Positions 59,010-64,000 of a stretch of 64,000 nucleotides of DNA are shown piece by piece. Every line of letters starts with the position of its first letter. The first letter of the stretch is position 1. The stretch spans positions 1,760,001 to 1,824,000 of the forward strand of contig JAKFCY010000002.1 in NCBI GenBank assembly GCA_036676395.1. Reading direction: 5' to 3'. A model generated the notes under the pieces. It ran no database searches and had not been told where the DNA came from. It worked only from the letters and a program-made list of their open reading frames with translations. Source of the stretch: Bdellovibrio sp. Lineage in GTDB: Bacteria; Bdellovibrionota; Bdellovibrionia; Bdellovibrionales; Bdellovibrionaceae. The translations under genes and the position numbers were made by a program.

Positions 59010-60935
59010 TTACTCTTCTGTTTTTTCTAAAGAGTCTGAGCCATCAAGCTCGGACTCTTCTGAATTTAAATGAATCAAAATTCTTTCAGCCAATACCCGA
59101 TTAAAAGTTTTCAAAGCCGCAATAGTTTCAACATCTGATTCTTTAATTGCCTCAACAGATGGAAACGCCTTAAGTAAAATCGCTTTTCTTTTTTCACCCA
59201 AACCACTGATCGCATCTAATTCACTTGAAAGACTGCGCTCTTCACGTCGTTTACGATGAAACGTGATCGCAAATCTATGGGCCTCATCACGAATACCCGT
59301 TAGAATATGCAAGGCTTCTGAGTTGGTTTTAAAGGTCACAGGGTTTGACCTGCCCGGAAGAAAAAATCGCTCTTCAGTCGATGAGACTTCTTCAGCCTGA
59401 AAATCCCGTTCAGTTCTGGCTTTGGCTAAACCGACCACCGGAATATCCGTTTTACCGATTTCTTGTAAAATGCGCACCGCTTGCGATAACTGCCCTTTAC
59501 CACCATCGACCACTAGTAAATCGGGGTCTTCATATTCGGTGTGTTTAAATCTGCGCGCTAAAACTTCATACATCGATTTAAAATCATCGATGCCTTCGAC
59601 CGTTTGGATAATGTATCTGCGGTAATGATCTTTACTAGGGCGCCCGTCTTCGAACACCACTTGGCTGGCTACGGTTTCAGTGCCTTGAAAGTGCGAAATA
59701 TCAAAACATTCAATTCTTTGCGGAATTTTAGTTAAGTGAAGTTTTGTTTTAATTTCAGCAAGGCCTTGTTGTTTTTCTTCTTCTTTAGAAACTAATTTTT
59801 CAAAATGGGCTTTCGCATTTTGATCAGCCATTTCTAAAAGTTTTTGCGCTTTCGAATCATGACCGAAACGCACGATCACATCTTTGCCTGAACGTTCTTT
59901 TAAAACATCATGTAATAACTTATTTAAATCCCCGCCAAGGTCTATGACCGTTAAGATTTCATCCGGAATAAAATTATCTTCGTAATACTGATTTAAAAAT
60001 GAGGTAAACCACTCTTGCGGCGATTCATCAGGTGAGGTGATATCTAAGCCCCCTAAGTAATGCGGCCTTGCCCCGATCACACGCCCTGCACGCACATGCA
60101 GTGTTTCAACCACTACACCCCGGGAGTCACCATGAAAACTTATAATATCCTGGTCAGTTTCAGAGGCATCGTTAATAACGGTTTGTTTTTCTAAAATGCT
60201 TTTAACTGACCACATTGAATTTCTTAATTTTGCCGCCACTTCAAATTTTTCTTCATCGGCTGCAGCCATCATCCGAACTTCGATGTCTTTAATAACTTTT
60301 TTACTGCGACCTTTTAAGAAATCTTTCGCACCTTCGACTTCGTCGCGGTAAGCATCACGCTCAATGTATTTCACACACGGCGCGGTACAACGGCCGATTT
60401 GATAGGTCATGCACGGCCGCGTGCGCGAACGAAACATATGATCCGTGCAATCGCGAATTTTAAATACGCGATTTAAAAAGCGAATCGTACCGAATACGGC
60501 TCCGCCTGAAGTAAACGGTCCAAAGTACATGGCCCCGTCTTTATGAACTTTACGGGCTAAGTATAACCTTGGGTAATCATCACCCCACGAAAGTTTAATA
60601 TAAGGATAAGATTTATCATCTTTAAGGCGAATATTATATTTGGGGCGATGTTTTTTAATTAATGAAGCTTCTAATAAAAAGGCTTCGACTTCTGTTTTTG
60701 TTAAGATGTAATCGATCTTATCAATGTTATGAACAAGGGCTTTAGTTTTTGCCGAATGATCGGCTGAATTTAATAAATAACTGCGCACACGATTACGAAG
60801 ATTTTTGGCTTTACCGACATAGATGATCTTGTCGATCGTGCTTTTCATTAAATAAACCCCCGACTGGGTTGGAAATTCTCTGACCAGTTCTTTTAGGGTT
60901 TCTATTTTTAAAAGGCCTTCTTCAAACTTGCTCAT
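59010..60935 (-). CDS. uvrC: Excinuclease ABC subunit C
   Basis: GVY...IIYVGKAKNLRNRVRSY, RIECFDISH, PDLLVVDGGKGQL, RDEAHRFA and HhH motifs. Confidence 0.97.
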   Translation of the reverse strand: MSKFEEGLLKIETLKELVREFPTQSGVYLMKSTIDKIIYVGKAKNLRNRVRSYLLNSADHSAKTKALVHNIDKIDYILTKTEVEAFLLEASLIKKHRPKYNIRLKDDKSYPYIKLSWGDDYPRLYLARKVHKDGAMYFGPFTSGGAVFGTIRFLNRVFKIRDCTDHMFRSRTRPCMTYQIGRCTAPCVKYIERDAYRDEVEGAKDFLKGRSKKVIKDIEVRMMAAADEEKFEVAAKLRNSMWSVKSILEKQTVINDASETDQDIISFHGDSRGVVVETLHVRAGRVIGARPHYLGGLDITSPDESPQEWFTSFLNQYYEDNFIPDEILTVIDLGGDLNKLLHDVLKERSGKDVIVRFGHDSKAQKLLEMADQNAKAHFEKLVSKEEEKQQGLAEIKTKLHLTKIPQRIECFDISHFQGTETVASQVVFEDGRPSKDHYRRYIIQTVEGIDDFKSMYEVLARRFKHTEYEDPDLLVVDGGKGQLSQAVRILQEIGKTDIPVVGLAKARTERDFQAEEVSSTEERFFLPGRSNPVTFKTNSEALHILTGIRDEAHRFAITFHRKRREERSLSSELDAISGLGEKRKAILLKAFPSVEAIKESDVETIAALKTFNRVLAERILIHLNSEESELDGSDSLEKTEE

Positions 60936-63010
60936 TACTTCTCGTCACTCGAATCCCCCAGATGGGCATCACGAATTTGTAATTCTAAAATCTGCAGTCG
61001 TTTGATTTCGTCACGCACTTTCGCTGCCTCTTCAAATTCAAGCTCAGCCGAAAGTTTTTTCATTTTTTCTTTTAATTTTTTAATTTCATCCTGAATTTTA
61101 TTTGGCTTAGCAGAAAACTTCTGCATTTTTTCAGCAGTTTTATCTTTTTCGCCTTTAAGTTTGTAAGCACTCACCGATCCGTCGAATAAATCGCCAAGTC
61201 CTTCTTTGATTCTTTTCTTAATCGTGGTTGGCGTAATGCCGTGCTCTTTATTATAAGCATCTTGAATTGCACGACGACGATAAGTTTCAGCAATCGCTTT
61301 TTTCATCGAATCAGTTTCACGGTCTGCATACAAGATCACTTGCCCGTTGGCATTACGAGCCGCACGACCGATAGTTTGGATTAACGAGCGCTCAGAACGT
61401 AAGAAACCTTCTTTATCAGCGTCAGTAATACCAACTAGTGACACTTCAGGAATATCCAAACCTTCACGCAGTAAATTAATACCAACTAAGACGTCGAATA
61501 CGCCTAAGCGTAAATCGCGAATAATCTCGGTACGTTCCAGAGTTTCAATTTCGCTATGCAAATATTTAATTTTAATGCCCAGCGATTCATAGTATTCGGT
61601 TAAATCTTCTGATGAACGTTTTGTTAATGTTGTAATCAACACGCGTTCTTGTTTGGCGATACGAATACGAATTTCTTTTAACAAATCATCAATTTGTGAT
61701 TTCACCGGACGAATTTCAATTGGCGGATCAATCAACCCTGTCGGGCGAATGATTTGTTCAATGATTAATCCTTCAGATTTTTCTAATTCATAAGCTGCAG
61801 GAGTTGCTGATACATAAACAACTTTATCCATTAACTTTTCAAACTCTTGAAAGTTTAACGGACGATTATCTAATGCCGAAGGTAAGCGAAAGCCATGCTC
61901 AACTAAAGTTGACTTACGCGCTCTATCACCGCGATACATTCCACCGATTTGCGGAACAGTAATATGTGATTCATCAATAATGGTGATAAATTCTTTCGGA
62001 AAATATTCAATTAAAGTTGGCGGTGGCTCGCCGGGCCCGCGGCCTGTTAAGTGGCGCGAGTAATTCTCGATGCCTGAACAAAATCCAATTTGCTCCATCA
62101 TTTCAATATCATAATATGTACGCTGCTCTAAGCGCTGCGCTTCTAAAAATTTAATGTTAGCTTTTAACTCATTAAGCCTGTGCCCTAGTTCATCTTGAAT
62201 AGTCACAATCGCTTTTTTTAACGAACCTTCACCTGTTGCATAATGCGATCCTGGGTAAATACCGATTTGATCCATCTCTTCAAAAACTTCACCGGTTAGT
62301 GGATCAATCCAAGAAATTTTTTCGACAAAATCGCCGAAAAATTCAATACGGATCACACGCTCTTCTTCGTACGGAGGAAAAACCTCAACGATATCACCGC
62401 GCACCCGAATCGTCCCGCGCGAAAAATCTATGTTATTGCGTGCATACTGAATACGAATTAATTCACGCAATAAATCATCACGTTTTAATTTTTGCTCAAC
62501 AACGACATGCACCATCATGCCCTCGTAAGCTTCAGGAGAACCAAGACCGTAAATGCACGATACACTCGATACAATAATCACATCACGACGATCAAATAAC
62601 GAGCGCGTGGCGCTGTGGCGCATACGATCGATTTGTTCATTGATCGCCGAATCTTTTTCAATAAAAGTGTCAGACGATGGCACATAAGCCTCAGGCTGGT
62701 AGTAATCGTAATAAGAAACAAAGTACTCAACCGCGTTCTCTGGAAAGAGTTCTTTCATTTCTGAATATAGCTGAGCTGCTAAGGTTTTATTTGGCGCTAA
62801 AATCAAAGCCGGCTGATTCAATTGCGCAATAGCGTGCGCCATCGTAAAGGTCTTACCAGATCCGGTAACCCCTAAAAGAGTCTGGTGTTTAACACCGTTT
62901 TTAAAATTTGATACCAGCGTTTCGATCGCTTTTGGTTGGTCACCTGCCGGTTGAAACGGAGATACCAATTTGAAGTTTTTCTTAAACGCTTTCTTTTTAG
63001 CCTCTGCCAT
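60935..63010 (-). CDS. uvrB: Excinuclease ABC subunit B
   Basis: [28 protein letters not shown] and QTIGRAARN motifs. Confidence 0.98.
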   Translation of the reverse strand: MAEAKKKAFKKNFKLVSPFQPAGDQPKAIETLVSNFKNGVKHQTLLGVTGSGKTFTMAHAIAQLNQPALILAPNKTLAAQLYSEMKELFPENAVEYFVSYYDYYQPEAYVPSSDTFIEKDSAINEQIDRMRHSATRSLFDRRDVIIVSSVSCIYGLGSPEAYEGMMVHVVVEQKLKRDDLLRELIRIQYARNNIDFSRGTIRVRGDIVEVFPPYEEERVIRIEFFGDFVEKISWIDPLTGEVFEEMDQIGIYPGSHYATGEGSLKKAIVTIQDELGHRLNELKANIKFLEAQRLEQRTYYDIEMMEQIGFCSGIENYSRHLTGRGPGEPPPTLIEYFPKEFITIIDESHITVPQIGGMYRGDRARKSTLVEHGFRLPSALDNRPLNFQEFEKLMDKVVYVSATPAAYELEKSEGLIIEQIIRPTGLIDPPIEIRPVKSQIDDLLKEIRIRIAKQERVLITTLTKRSSEDLTEYYESLGIKIKYLHSEIETLERTEIIRDLRLGVFDVLVGINLLREGLDIPEVSLVGITDADKEGFLRSERSLIQTIGRAARNANGQVILYADRETDSMKKAIAETYRRRAIQDAYNKEHGITPTTIKKRIKEGLGDLFDGSVSAYKLKGEKDKTAEKMQKFSAKPNKIQDEIKKLKEKMKKLSAELEFEEAAKVRDEIKRLQILELQIRDAHLGDSSDEK

Positions 63011-63078
63011 AACTAAATATTTTAGGTCGTTATCAACGAGCTTTCAACCAACAAACCGTTGACCACGAGCGCTACTCC

Positions 63079-63486
63079 TTATAAATGGCGAACCTCAGCA
63101 GGTTTATTCCACCAATTATTATTTAAACCATCAAAGTAAGTAATAGGTGCAGCGATTAATTCTTCTGGCTGAACATCTTCAAGACACGACAGAGCAATAG
63201 AAATGTAGGCCCCACCCAACTCTTCAAGGTGGCCTTTGCCGAATGGACGACAGCCACAGGTTTTACAAAATAGATGGTGGCCGCTGAATGTGCCAAACTG
63301 ATAGCCCGACAGGTTATCCTGCCCAGAGATAAGCTCAAAGGCCTCGGGTTTAATAATGACACTCCAATTACGAACTTTACGGCAATAAGTACAATTACAA
63401 CGGCCAGTGCCCTTGCTTAGATCAATATTCGCTTTAATTTTAACCGCTCCGCAATGACAACTTCCGTGATAAGTTTTTTCAGCCAT
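63079..63486 (-). CDS. GFA (CENP-V/Gfa) family protein
   Basis: GSCHCG, CNCTYC and FCKTCG motifs. Confidence 0.92.
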   Translation of the reverse strand: MAEKTYHGSCHCGAVKIKANIDLSKGTGRCNCTYCRKVRNWSVIIKPEAFELISGQDNLSGYQFGTFSGHHLFCKTCGCRPFGKGHLEELGGAYISIALSCLEDVQPEELIAAPITYFDGLNNNWWNKPAEVRHL

Positions 63487-63536
63487 AGTAAATTCCCTTC
63501 AAAAAATTAAACTCTTTATACTTTTCATTATCGGCG

Positions 63537-63563
63537 CAAATATGTCATAATGTGGCATATTTG
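63537..63563. promoter_or_regulatory. Probable operator of the WYL/YafY regulator
   Basis: Inverted repeat CAAATATGTCA-TAATG-TGGCATATTTG between the divergent genes. Confidence 0.65.
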
Positions 63564-63579
63564 TTTTTAAAGTGAGTTT

Positions 63580-64000
63580 ATGACAAAAAGCAGCTATCAG
63601 GAAAAAAAACTGCGGATGGATCGACTTTTGGGAATACTTAAGTCTGAAGACCACTCGACCGCCGCAGGGATTGCAAAAATATTGCGCGTCAGTCATCGCA
63701 CGCTGATGCGTGATATTGAAGAACTTCGAATTTCTGGAATACCTATTGAAGCTGACCGCGGGCGCGGTGGCGGCATTCGTCTGAATACGCAATGGGGCCT
63801 TGGACGCCTGCAACTGAATTATAAAGAATCATTGGATTTGATTCTTTCACTCGCCGTCATGGAGAAACTTAAATCGCCAATGCTTCTCACTCATGTCAGA
63901 TCGTTACGGGATAAAGTTTTTCAATCTTTTCCCGATGAACATCGTACAAAACTACAATTAATTCGCAAGAGAGTACTTATCACCGAAGTCGCTGAAACAG
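63580..64000 (+). CDS. YafY-like wHTH-WYL transcriptional regulator (3'-truncated; absent from ORF track)
   Basis: MTKSSYQEKKLRMDRLLGIL...TAAGIAKILRVSHRTLMRDIEELR..GIPIEADRGRGGGIRL; frame open to the window end. The WYL domain itself lies beyond the window. Confidence 0.88.
   Translation, partial: MTKSSYQEKKLRMDRLLGILKSEDHSTAAGIAKILRVSHRTLMRDIEELRISGIPIEADRGRGGGIRLNTQWGLGRLQLNYKESLDLILSLAVMEKLKSPMLLTHVRSLRDKVFQSFPDEHRTKLQLIRKRVLITEVAET

Noticed and set aside
63528..63535. GCCGATAA as a sigma-28 promoter for the GFA gene
   Set aside because: No -35 match at the right spacing; GATAAT fits a sigma-70 -10 beside the operator.
63499..63813. 104-aa minus-strand ORF
   Set aside because: Antisense shadow of the wHTH-WYL regulator.
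1..64000. CRISPR array, prophage, rRNA, att duplicate of tRNA-His
   Set aside because: No regularly spaced repeats, phage structural or integrase genes, rRNA-like tracts or second tRNA 3' end were seen by eye.

Overview
This is an AT-rich bacterial chromosome segment whose gene content suggests a predatory Bdellovibrionota (Bdellovibrio/Pseudobdellovibrio-like); the taxonomy is inference. Housekeeping genes lie mainly at the ends (dapD, LolC/E-type permease, RidA, K+/H+ antiporter; uvrB, uvrC, WYL regulator), with tRNA-His and msrB near 41.5-42.3 kb. The accessory interior holds: (i) three secreted permuted papain-like (YiiX/NlpC-P60) enzymes beside a stand-alone HUH/RAYT-type tyrosine transposase with its own GGGGCAWTGCCCC palindromes, (ii) a four-gene operon of Cys-rich fibre/lectin-tipped and beta-propeller surface proteins behind a sigma-28-like promoter, (iii) a convergent 7-gene operon with a non-flagellar MotA, a MotB whose OmpA-type peptidoglycan-binding domain is replaced by a YfaP/DUF2135-like domain, a LysM membrane protein, a Cache-HAMP pseudo-cyclase, a FecR-FN3 protein and two probable outer-membrane barrels (best candidate for an undescribed ion-driven trans-envelope system), (iv) a decaying pseudogene patch beside tRNA-His, and (v) a 3718-aa secreted mosaic protein whose HExxH, HD-like and kinase-like modules are separated by R-x-P-A-[STA] motifs. 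No CRISPR array, rRNA or prophage was seen. All family calls come from motif reading by eye, not from database searches.
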